This document shows, one piece after another, positions 19,918-28,142 of a stretch of 46,020 bases of DNA. This stretch comes from an uncultured Hellea sp. Its GTDB lineage: Bacteria > Pseudomonadota > Alphaproteobacteria > Caulobacterales > Maricaulaceae. Under the pieces are notes generated by a model. It did not search any database. It was not told the DNA's origin and saw only the letters and a program-made list of their open reading frames with translations. Position 1 is the first letter of the stretch. Every line of letters begins with the position of its first letter. The translations under genes and the position numbers were made by a program. The stretch is from contig CAZJRU010000001.1 in the NCBI GenBank assembly GCA_964548315.1, positions 1-46,020 of the forward strand, in the 5' to 3' direction.

Positions 19918-19928
19918 TAGATGCCGTA

Positions 19929-20897
19929 TTACATGCCTTGTTCAAAGAGAAACTGATCAAAGAATTCAAAAAATTGATCTCTATAAGTATCTCGTTCTAA
20001 AAATAATTCATGAAACGCGCCCGGAACCACATTATACCGCGCTTTCGCATTGCGCGCAAAATCCTTATTTGATTTTGGGTCCACAATAGGGTCCGCTCCC
20101 GCCGCAACAATCAAGCAGGGAATATTCATATCAGACGCATTTCTATTGACATAAGCCATAGATGTGAGCGCCGCGTCTATCCAGCCATAGGTCGGCGGTC
20201 CTAATCTTAAGCGCGGCGTTGTTTGAAAATAAGAGGCCCAATTACGGTAGCGGTCTTTGTCAGATGTGAGTTTATTAATGTTAAACGGAACAGGAAGCCC
20301 GCGTCTTTGTTTTTGAAAGGGTAAGTTTTTAGTTCGAAACCCCATGGCGGCTAAGACTTGAATCATCCGCCGGGTAATAAATGTATCAAGGTCAAATAGG
20401 CCTAGCATCGGCGCAGAACATATAACGGCCGAAGGACTAATCACGCCGCTAATAACAGATTGAAGCGCAATGGTTCCGCCCATCGAATGCCCCATTACAA
20501 TATGCGGCTTAGGTAACCCAGCTTCAAATTCCGCGAGCGCAAAAGCCAGATCATCTGAATAAGTTTGGAAACTATCAATATAGCTTTTTAATTTATCCTC
20601 TAAAATTCGATCAGACAGGCCTTGTCCGCGAGGATCAACCATGAGGACATTAAACCCCCGGTCAATAAAATCAGCAACTGTCTCCAGGTATTTTTCGATG
20701 AATTCTGTTCGGCCCGGAGAGAAAATGATTGACCCACGGGCTTCATCACGGTTGGACGTGGCGTACATAACGCGCAGCCGTATATTATCTTTTTCAATAT
20801 AAAACAGGCGCATACGAGATTCGAGGCTCTCGGGTATTGGGCGCCCACCTGGCTGAATAAGTTCAGCTTCTTCGAATTTAGGAAATATGTTCACCAT
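19929..20897 (-). CDS. Lysophospholipase L2-like alpha/beta hydrolase
   Basis: PGRTEFIEKY, DPRGQGLS, GHSMGG, SAPM, HELFLE. Confidence 0.88.
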   Translation of the reverse strand: MVNIFPKFEEAELIQPGGRPIPESLESRMRLFYIEKDNIRLRVMYATSNRDEARGSIIFSPGRTEFIEKYLETVADFIDRGFNVLMVDPRGQGLSDRILEDKLKSYIDSFQTYSDDLAFALAEFEAGLPKPHIVMGHSMGGTIALQSVISGVISPSAVICSAPMLGLFDLDTFITRRMIQVLAAMGFRTKNLPFQKQRRGLPVPFNINKLTSDKDRYRNWASYFQTTPRLRLGPPTYGWIDAALTSMAYVNRNASDMNIPCLIVAAGADPIVDPKSNKDFARNAKARYNVVPGAFHELFLERDTYRDQFFEFFDQFLFEQGM

Positions 20898-20916
20898 ATA
20901 GAGGGGTCCAAATTAG

Positions 20917-20936
20917 AAAGGGGGCCAAGCCCCCTT
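20917..20936 (-). terminator. Hairpin/terminator after the SCP2 gene
   Basis: Minus strand AAGGGGGC-ttg-GCCCCCTT-TCTAATTT. Confidence 0.6.
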
Positions 20937-20954
20937 AAATAGACCCTTCTGATC

Positions 20955-21248
20955 TTACATATTTGAGAATATACTTTGTAGACCCATAGCCACTGACATA
21001 TCGCCAGCAACCTTAAGCTTTCCAGACATGAAAGCCATCATGGGATCTAAATTTCCTTCCGCTAAAGAAATGAAGTCATCTTTAGAAACAGAGATTGTGC
21101 AATCCGCGTCTTTATCTTCCGTTGTGGCTTCGGTTCCAGACGCAAACACACACCCATCATCGCCAAAGTCAAATTTTACTGACTTATCTGTTCCGCCAGC
21201 TTTTACCAAAGCTTCGCCCATTTTCGCTGCAATATCCGCATTTTCCAT
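20955..21248 (-). CDS. SCP2 sterol/lipid-binding domain protein (97 aa)
   Basis: SD AAGGA before ATG 21248; KFDFG, ADCTI, LDPMMAFMSGKLKVAGDMSVAM. Confidence 0.9.
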   Translation of the reverse strand: MENADIAAKMGEALVKAGGTDKSVKFDFGDDGCVFASGTEATTEDKDADCTISVSKDDFISLAEGNLDPMMAFMSGKLKVAGDMSVAMGLQSIFSNM

Positions 21249-21325
21249 AACTGGTCCTTTATATCTGGAAGTCCTGTCAACTATATGGGGCTTCATACCG
21301 AAAAGTGCTAGATTTTTTTTCAGCT

Positions 21326-22207
21326 TTAGAGCGGCTTTCTAAACTTAAGCGTTGCACGATCAGATTCGCCAATATTTTTAAATAGCTGAGCATCAAAGCC
21401 TTTGGCCTCCTCACTCCCTTCTTTGGGAAGGCGAGAACGCGGCGGAAGTGTCCAAACACCAAATGGGTGATCGGCCGTATCGCGCGGGTTAGCATTAACT
21501 TCACTACTGCCAATAAATTCAAATCCAGCACGTATGGCTTGGTCTTTCATATACGATTCCTGAACATACCCCGTGGAGCCTTTAGGGTTTTGAACAGCGG
21601 ATTCAGGAAGACGGTGCTCAACAATCCCTAATATACCACCCGGCTTTAAGGCTGCAAAAAATTCACCATAAGCTTGGTCGGCATAACCGCGGCCCATCCA
21701 ATTATGAACATTTCGAAATGACAATAAGACATCCACTGATTCTGGTGGAAGTATAGCCCCGTGGTCTTGCCAAAAAGCTCCATATTCGATCTCACCATAT
21801 ACGGAGCTATCAGAATATTTTTCTTTATAACCAGCAATACGTTTATCATACCGCTCACCAAGACCTTCAGGATAAAGAACAGCTACGTATTTTCCGCCAT
21901 TTTCTTTTAAGTAAGGCGCTATCACATTTGTATACCACCCAGGCCAAATCTCAGCGACTTTTTTACCGGGACTAACTTCAAAAAACTCAAGTGTCTCTTT
22001 AGGGTGGCGATATTGATCTCTAGGCGCTTCTTCAGCTCTTCTGGGATGAGCCAATATTTCAGCCAAAGTTACGGGTTCCGTCATCGCCTTTTCGACGATA
22101 TTTTCGACAACTTTAGGCGTCTCCACGCTTTCAGATCCACTTGAGCAAGCCGTTAAAATTGCTGCACTTAGGATAAGAATATTACGAGTGAAAATATTTC
22201 GAGGCAT
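21326..22207 (-). CDS. Lipoprotein with class I SAM-methyltransferase-like fold
   Basis: Lipobox LTAC; RDQYRHPKETLEFF, FRNVHNW, LKPGGILGIVEHR, GVWTLPP, IGESDR. Confidence 0.85.
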   Translation of the reverse strand: MPRNIFTRNILILSAAILTACSSGSESVETPKVVENIVEKAMTEPVTLAEILAHPRRAEEAPRDQYRHPKETLEFFEVSPGKKVAEIWPGWYTNVIAPYLKENGGKYVAVLYPEGLGERYDKRIAGYKEKYSDSSVYGEIEYGAFWQDHGAILPPESVDVLLSFRNVHNWMGRGYADQAYGEFFAALKPGGILGIVEHRLPESAVQNPKGSTGYVQESYMKDQAIRAGFEFIGSSEVNANPRDTADHPFGVWTLPPRSRLPKEGSEEAKGFDAQLFKNIGESDRATLKFRKPL

Positions 22208-22269
22208 AGGTTTTCTCCATTTTTTGTGCTTCTACCCAAAAAAAACTGATTTTCAACCACAGTTTATCT

Positions 22270-22297
22270 CTTGAAACCCAAATCAGGCTTCCTACCT
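22270..22297 (+). promoter_or_regulatory. RpoH (sigma32)-type promoter
   Basis: CTTG-N17-CCTACCT upstream of a small heat-shock gene. Confidence 0.7.
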
Positions 22298-22303
22298 TTT
22301 TCT

Positions 22304-22391
22304 ATGGGACGCTCTTTAAGAGGTCCCATCTCTGAAAGGCTGCTCATGGTGAGAGCCTAAAACTACATTGCTAAAAGGATGTATAATTATG
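22304..22391 (+). promoter_or_regulatory. ROSE-type RNA thermometer 5' UTR
   Basis: Three hairpins; the last, UACAUU-G-CU-aaa-AG-GAUGUA, pairs the UUGCU motif with the AGGA SD and has a bulged G. Confidence 0.8.
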
Positions 22392-22862
22392 AGAACTTAT
22401 GATTTTAGCCCACTTTATCGTTCATTTGTGGGATTTGATAGAATGGCAAACCTTATTGATTCGGCGGCTCAACAAGCTAATGCGTCAAACAATTACCCGC
22501 CCTATAATATAAGCCAACTGACTGAAAACACTTATAAAATAGAGCTCGCCGTAGCAGGGTTTACCGAAGATACCCTTGCTATTGAAAGCCATGAAAATGT
22601 CTTAACAGTCTCGAGCAATCACAGCCCAAAGGCGGATAATGATGGCGCTCAATATCTTCACCGCGGGATCGCTGAACGTGATTTTGAAAAACGCTTTCAC
22701 CTCGCCGATCATGTAATTGTAACTGGTGCAAATCTTGAAAATGGTCTGCTGAGCATTTCACTAAAACGTGAACTGCCAGAAGCCCTCAAGCCCAGAAAGA
22801 TTGCGATAAATGAACCAGATTTAATCCAATCAAAACCTCGCCGTAAGGCGAAGGCTGCTTAA
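22389..22862 (+). CDS. ibpA: Small heat shock protein (Hsp20, IbpA class)
   Basis: MRTYDFSPLYRSFVGFDR, YPPYNI, AVAGF, YLHRGIA, NGLL, PRKIAI. Confidence 0.93.
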   Translation: MRTYDFSPLYRSFVGFDRMANLIDSAAQQANASNNYPPYNISQLTENTYKIELAVAGFTEDTLAIESHENVLTVSSNHSPKADNDGAQYLHRGIAERDFEKRFHLADHVIVTGANLENGLLSISLKRELPEALKPRKIAINEPDLIQSKPRRKAKAA

Positions 22863-22869
22863 AAGGGTC

Positions 22870-22980
22870 TACGCAAACATCTAATCCCGCTTCCCCCTAA
22901 CTAGGATTATTTGATAAAGCGTAAGACTGACGGTGCCATATAATGCTCCCCTCCTTCCCAGCATAATTGGCGCCGTCAAT
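22870..22980 (+). ncRNA. Candidate structured RNA: two hairpins with C-rich (anti-SD) loops
   Basis: TAATCC/GGATTA stem with loop containing CTTCCCCCT; TGACGGTGCCA/TGGCGCCGTCA plus ATGCT/AGCAT stems with loop CCCCTCCTTCCC. Confidence 0.4.
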
Positions 22981-22985
22981 ATTCT

Positions 22986-23999
22986 TTAAAGACCCAATTT
23001 TGAACAAATTTCTTGGCCCGATAATTTAGGCGATTTTTGGTTTCCAAAGGCTTCTTCGACGAGATTTAATATTATTGTATTATAGGGAGCTTCTTTATCT
23101 GTTTTATCAGCTAGATCGACAATTTCACCTTGAAGATATTTGATCTCGCTCACACGCCCCATTTCTAAATCATCAAGCATAGACGAGCGCGCGGTTGAAT
23201 CAATTTTAACAATTCTATTCATAATAATTTTGTAAATAAAATTTGGGAAACCCAATATTTTTATCATTTTATCAGCAGAGGCATTGCCAAAATTTGAAGG
23301 CTCTATGCCTGCTCCTCGAACAATTTCTAACGCTTCTGAAATAACCGCGGCTAAAGCCCGGCGATAATCGGGTTGATAAAGCCCGTCCCTCAAAGGTCCT
23401 CCCGATAAGGCATTCAATCCATTATTTAGATTTACAAGAAGTTTACCCCATTGAACCGGTACTATGTCATCAATTAAATCTACTTGCTGATTAGACTTTG
23501 AAAAAGCCGCTTTTAGGTCGTGAAGACGCTGATCAGAGCTATTTTCGATACTTAAATTTCCATCTGTACCGCAGTGAAAATGCCCGGGTGATATTCCAGT
23601 TATATTAAAAGGAACCACCGCTCTTAATATTTTAAAATTCGGCAAATATTTATTTAATTCATGCACATTGCTGATACCATTTTGGAAACTGACTATAAGC
23701 GTATCTGGCTGAGCAATTTTGGAAATAGCCTTAGCCGCCTGCTCTGTATCTTGAGATTTGACTGCAATCAGAATAATATTTGCGCGCGAGAGCGCTTTAT
23801 AATCAGTATAAAACTGAATATCTTTTGAATCTAAATCTATTTTTGGATTTTTAAAATGAGACAGAGATAACCCATTCTCAAACAGCTCATTTTGAAATTT
23901 TGACCGGCCAATAAAGGTTACTTTTTGCCCAGCATTTAATAGCAACCCACCGAGATAACACCCAACAGAGCCTGCTCCAAAAATACAAATATTGTTCAT
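22986..23999 (-). CDS. panE: 2-dehydropantoate 2-reductase family protein
   Basis: GAGSVG, AVKSQD, SFQNG, WGKLLVNL, SSMLDDL..GR.SEI. Confidence 0.85.
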   Translation of the reverse strand: MNNICIFGAGSVGCYLGGLLLNAGQKVTFIGRSKFQNELFENGLSLSHFKNPKIDLDSKDIQFYTDYKALSRANIILIAVKSQDTEQAAKAISKIAQPDTLIVSFQNGISNVHELNKYLPNFKILRAVVPFNITGISPGHFHCGTDGNLSIENSSDQRLHDLKAAFSKSNQQVDLIDDIVPVQWGKLLVNLNNGLNALSGGPLRDGLYQPDYRRALAAVISEALEIVRGAGIEPSNFGNASADKMIKILGFPNFIYKIIMNRIVKIDSTARSSMLDDLEMGRVSEIKYLQGEIVDLADKTDKEAPYNTIILNLVEEAFGNQKSPKLSGQEICSKLGL

Positions 24000-24037
24000 T
24001 TAAATTTAAGAGCCAGCACTGAGTCGTCTTTTGATAT

Positions 24038-25336
24038 CTAGGTGTTCATACTTTCAAAAAAATCTGAGTTTGTTTTACTATCTTTAAGTTTGGATAATAA
24101 AAACTCGATCGCGTCCATCGTGCCCATTGGGTTTAATATACGGCGCAAAACATATGTTTTTTGAAGTTCCACAGGCGAAACTAAAAGCTCCTCTTTACGA
24201 GTCCCTGATTTCGTAACGTCAATTGCTGGGAACACTCGCTTATCAGCGACTTTGCGGTCTAGAACGATTTCTGAGTTACCCGTACCTTTAAATTCTTCGA
24301 AAATTACTTCATCCATTCGGGACCCAGTTTCAACCAAAGCTGTTGCAATAATTGTTAAAGATCCGCCTTCTTCAATATTTCGAGCGGCGCCAAAGAAACG
24401 TTTTGGACGTTGTAAAGCATTTGCATCAACACCCCCCGTAAGGACCTTACCCGAACTTGGAACCACTGTGTTATAAGCCCGGCCTAATCGCGTAATTGAA
24501 TCAAGCAATATGACAACATCTTTGCCGTGCTCAGTTAGCCGTTTTGCCTTTTGAATAACCATTTCAGCAACCTGTACATGGCGCGTTGCAGGTTCATCAA
24601 ATGTGGAAGACACGACTTCGCCTTTGACTGAACGCTGCATATCAGTCACCTCCTCTGGGCGTTCATCGATCAAAAGAACCAAAACATAACATTCAGGGTG
24701 ATTTTTCTCAATTGAGTGGGCGATATTTTGAAGCAGAACTGTTTTCCCCGTACGGGGCGGCGCAACGATTAAGGCCCGCTGACCCTTGCCGATAGGAGAG
24801 ACGATATCGATAATACGACCAGATATATCTTTTGCTGTAGGATCTTCTATTTCCATTTGAAATCGTTCGTCTGGATATAGTGGGGTTAAACTATCAAAAT
24901 GTGCTTTATTGCGAGCTTGCTCAGGTGTTCCAAAATTCATTTCGGTCACATTTGTAAGAGCAAAATATCTCTCATTGTCTCGCGGGCTTCTGATCTCCCC
25001 GGATACCGTATCTCCCGTCCTAAGACCCAGTTTACGGACTTGGTTAGGACTGACATAAATATCGTCTGGGCCTGGTAAATAGTTTGCTTCAGGGGCTCTT
25101 AAAAAGCCAAATCCATCTTGTAAAACTTCTAAAACGCCGCCGCCATTTATTTGGATATCGTCTTCCGCCAGGTCTTTCATAACTCTAACGAAGATATCTT
25201 GTTTACGCATAGAACCTGCATTCTCTACGCCAACTTCTTCAGCGAACTGGATTAACTCGGCAGGTTTTAAAGCTTTCAAATCTTGCAAGCTTAAAGAGGT
25301 CATACCCTCTAGGTTTAATTTATTTAGATCAGACAT
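24038..25336 (-). CDS. rho: Transcription termination factor Rho
   Basis: [45 protein letters not shown]. Confidence 0.99.
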   Translation of the reverse strand: MSDLNKLNLEGMTSLSLQDLKALKPAELIQFAEEVGVENAGSMRKQDIFVRVMKDLAEDDIQINGGGVLEVLQDGFGFLRAPEANYLPGPDDIYVSPNQVRKLGLRTGDTVSGEIRSPRDNERYFALTNVTEMNFGTPEQARNKAHFDSLTPLYPDERFQMEIEDPTAKDISGRIIDIVSPIGKGQRALIVAPPRTGKTVLLQNIAHSIEKNHPECYVLVLLIDERPEEVTDMQRSVKGEVVSSTFDEPATRHVQVAEMVIQKAKRLTEHGKDVVILLDSITRLGRAYNTVVPSSGKVLTGGVDANALQRPKRFFGAARNIEEGGSLTIIATALVETGSRMDEVIFEEFKGTGNSEIVLDRKVADKRVFPAIDVTKSGTRKEELLVSPVELQKTYVLRRILNPMGTMDAIEFLLSKLKDSKTNSDFFESMNT

Positions 25337-25442
25337 AATATTTCAATAGTTGTGAGGTTTTTGTTCAAATTAACTGAGAATAAGAACGGATTAGAACAAT
25401 CCATATTTCTAATGAGTAGCAATCGTTAATTCGTCAAGTCTT

Positions 25443-25880
25443 TTATATGGGCCTAACAATAACCATTATAATAATGATAATTGTTATAATGGCAGGTATT
25501 TCATTGATTTTACGAAAAAAACTCTCAGACTTAGGACGTGTATCTGTGAGGAATAGTTTTCTTTGTTTAGATAAAAAACCGTGATATCCGATTAGATTAA
25601 TCGCAAATAAAAGCTTAATAGGAAGCCAAAATGTTGCGGTTAAATTTGGTATATTATACCCAATCAAAACTAGTCCAAAAACAAAGGCTATTAACATCGC
25701 TGGAGTCATTATTATTTTTAATAGCTTAGCTTCAGCTTCGATCATTTTTATCTCTAATTCACCTCCTACTTTGGATTGGTGATGATAAACGAATAGACGA
25801 GGCAAGTATAAAAGCCCGGCCATCCAAAAAATAACAGCTATTAAATGAATAGCTTTAAACCAACTATAAAGATCAGACAT
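25443..25880 (-). CDS. hemJ: Protoporphyrinogen IX oxidase HemJ
   Basis: KAIHLIAVIFWMAGLLYLPRLFVYH, IMTPAM, NEIP; SD GAGGG before ATG 25880. Confidence 0.93.
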   Translation of the reverse strand: MSDLYSWFKAIHLIAVIFWMAGLLYLPRLFVYHHQSKVGGELEIKMIEAEAKLLKIIMTPAMLIAFVFGLVLIGYNIPNLTATFWLPIKLLFAINLIGYHGFLSKQRKLFLTDTRPKSESFFRKINEIPAIITIIIIIMVIVRPI

Positions 25881-26919
25881 ATGCACCCTCGCCCGTTCTA
25901 ATATGATCTATAACGGCGTGAACATTTTCTATTTTAACATCCGGCATAACGCCATGCCCTAAATTGAAAATATGAGGACCAGTGGCAGTATCTAAAACAT
26001 TTTGAACAGCCTGTTTTAAAACATTACCGCCTATTCTTAACGCAAGCGGATCTAAATTCCCTTGATATGGCATATCATTAGGAATTTGCGATCTTATCTT
26101 TGCCATATGTATATCAGTTCCTAAGGCCAAAGCCGTAACACCTGTTTGTTTTGCATAATCAAATGTATTCAGACCAGCCCCTCTTGGAAATCCTATAATA
26201 GGTTTTTGAACACCGGCCTGCCGAACCAATGATATTATTTTCTTTGTTGGACGGATAACTAATTTTTCAAATAACTCTGGTGTTAAACCTTCAGCCCAGC
26301 TTTCAAATATCTTTAAAACATCTGCACCAGCTTTGGCTTGCCCTATTAAATAATCCGCACTGGTGATAACCAAAGCTTCAAGTAAATCGTCCATAGCTTG
26401 CGGATTTTCATAAGCGAATCTTTTCGCGATTTCTTTTTTTGGTGATCCCTGACCTTCAATCATATAGGTAGCCACGGTCCATGGTCCTCCGCAAAATCCA
26501 ATAAGAGCTTTATTTTTATCCAATGATTTTCGAACTAAACTAACGGTTTCAAATACAGACGATATTTTATCTAAATTAAAATCTTTTGTAAATTTAGATA
26601 TTTGCTTTGTTGAGATAGGAGACAAAATGGGACCAACGCCTTTTTGAAAGCTAACATCAGTTCCTAATATTATTGGTATAAGCAAAATATCTGCGAATAA
26701 TATGGCGGCATCCATATCATATCGGTCTACAGGTTGTAGTGTTACCTCTGCAGCTTTAGTTGGCGTTAGGCAAAATTCAATAAAGTTTTTAGTTGTTTTA
26801 CGAGTTGCAAGATATTCTGGTAAATGACGGCCGGCTTGACGCATCATCCATATAGGAGGCGTTACTAAGGTATTACCGTTTAAAACTTGAAGAATGTTGG
26901 ATGTCAATTTTTGTACCAA
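25873..26919 (-). CDS. hemE: Uroporphyrinogen decarboxylase
   Basis: PIWMMRQAGR, DAAILFADIL, LIGFCGGPWT, QGNLDP, IFNLGHG; TTG start. Confidence 0.97.
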   Translation of the reverse strand: MVQKLTSNILQVLNGNTLVTPPIWMMRQAGRHLPEYLATRKTTKNFIEFCLTPTKAAEVTLQPVDRYDMDAAILFADILLIPIILGTDVSFQKGVGPILSPISTKQISKFTKDFNLDKISSVFETVSLVRKSLDKNKALIGFCGGPWTVATYMIEGQGSPKKEIAKRFAYENPQAMDDLLEALVITSADYLIGQAKAGADVLKIFESWAEGLTPELFEKLVIRPTKKIISLVRQAGVQKPIIGFPRGAGLNTFDYAKQTGVTALALGTDIHMAKIRSQIPNDMPYQGNLDPLALRIGGNVLKQAVQNVLDTATGPHIFNLGHGVMPDVKIENVHAVIDHIRTGEGAYV

Positions 26920-27305
26920 TATTGTGTATGATTTCCTCGTCCTTATATTTTTTTATTAAAGAGTGATAGTGATAGAAAAGTGAATTTCTGGATAATTGGA
27001 TAGCTTTGATTGTTCCATGTGACTTTTCTTAGTAATTTATATTTTGTTAGGTATGATTAGATGTGTGACTAAGGGTGTATGATTTTATTTATATGTCTGT
27101 TTTCGCTATATAAAATCCGGTATAAATCTGAATAATAAAGGGGATTATTTTTTTATCATCGGTTTTACCTGTATAAGTTACGGAGTTATACCATGTGTAT
27201 TATATGTTGATAAATTGAATTTTTAAGCCCAGCTTTAGATTTATCAATTAAGCGAAGACAAAGGTGTGAATTGATTTTTATATCTAGATATTTCTGGTTA
27301 GGATT
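26920..27305. other. Putative chromosomal replication origin (oriC)
   Basis: AT-rich 386-bp gap at the hemE / PSRP(DUF299) divergence, the known origin position in Caulobacter and many alphaproteobacteria. Degenerate DnaA boxes TCTGGATAA 26987, TCTGAATAA 27127, TGTGTATTA 27194, TGTTGATAA 27205. Flanking genes point away; parS sites nearby. Confidence 0.85.
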
Positions 27306-28142
27306 ATGACTGAGCGAAATAAAAATATTTCAATATATTTCCACGTGCATTTGGTATCGGATTCGACAGGGGAGACACTTGTTGCGATGATGAAAGCATC
27401 AACGGCTCAATTTCGAAATGCAACAGCTTTAGAGCATTTGCATACCTTAGTTCGAAGTGAAGATCAGCTTGAGAAAACCTTGGTTGATATAGAAACCAAA
27501 CCTGGAATAGTTCTTTATACTTTAGTGAATGATACGCGGCGTAAAATGTTAGAAGCGCGGTGCGCGAAACTTAATATACCTGCTATTTCTATTTTGGACC
27601 CAACTTTGTCCGTTTTGGGGAGATATTTAGGGGCTTCGATGATTAGTGAAGTCGGGGCCCAAAGAACGTTAGATGCGGAGTATTATAATAGGATAGAAGC
27701 TTTGGATTTTGCGATGGCGCAAGACGATGGTCAAAACGTTCAAGGTCTTAAAAACGCAGATATAATTTTACTGGGTGTTAGCCGGACATCAAAGACGCCG
27801 ACTTGCATTTATTTGGCAAACCGGGGCTTTAAAGCTGGGAATATCCCGCTAGTTCCCAATGCGCCTTTGCCCACAATATTAGATAATTTTAAAGACCCTT
27901 TTATTGTAGGTCTTGTTGCATCACCGGACCGAATAGTACAAATTCGGGAGCAGAGGTTAATGGGGCTAAGGCAAAATGAGCAAACCGATTACATTGATGT
28001 TGACCGTGTAAGAGATGAGATGCGGCAAGCTAAAAGGATGTTTATAAAGAAGGGCTACAAAGTTATCGATGTGACCCGTAAGTCGATTGAAGAAACCTCA
28101 GCGCTGATTATAAAAAGTTACAAAAATAGAAACGAGTCATAA
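27306..28142 (+). CDS. Pyruvate, phosphate/water dikinase regulatory protein (PSRP, DUF299 kinase/pyrophosphorylase)
   Basis: HLVSDSTGET, DDG, GVSRTSKTP, DVTRKSIEE. Confidence 0.95.
   Translation: MTERNKNISIYFHVHLVSDSTGETLVAMMKASTAQFRNATALEHLHTLVRSEDQLEKTLVDIETKPGIVLYTLVNDTRRKMLEARCAKLNIPAISILDPTLSVLGRYLGASMISEVGAQRTLDAEYYNRIEALDFAMAQDDGQNVQGLKNADIILLGVSRTSKTPTCIYLANRGFKAGNIPLVPNAPLPTILDNFKDPFIVGLVASPDRIVQIREQRLMGLRQNEQTDYIDVDRVRDEMRQAKRMFIKKGYKVIDVTRKSIEETSALIIKSYKNRNES

Noticed and set aside
22986-26919. Low-GC block as a genomic island
   Set aside because: Contains syntenic core genes (rho, hemJ, hemE); no integrase, tRNA or flanking repeats.
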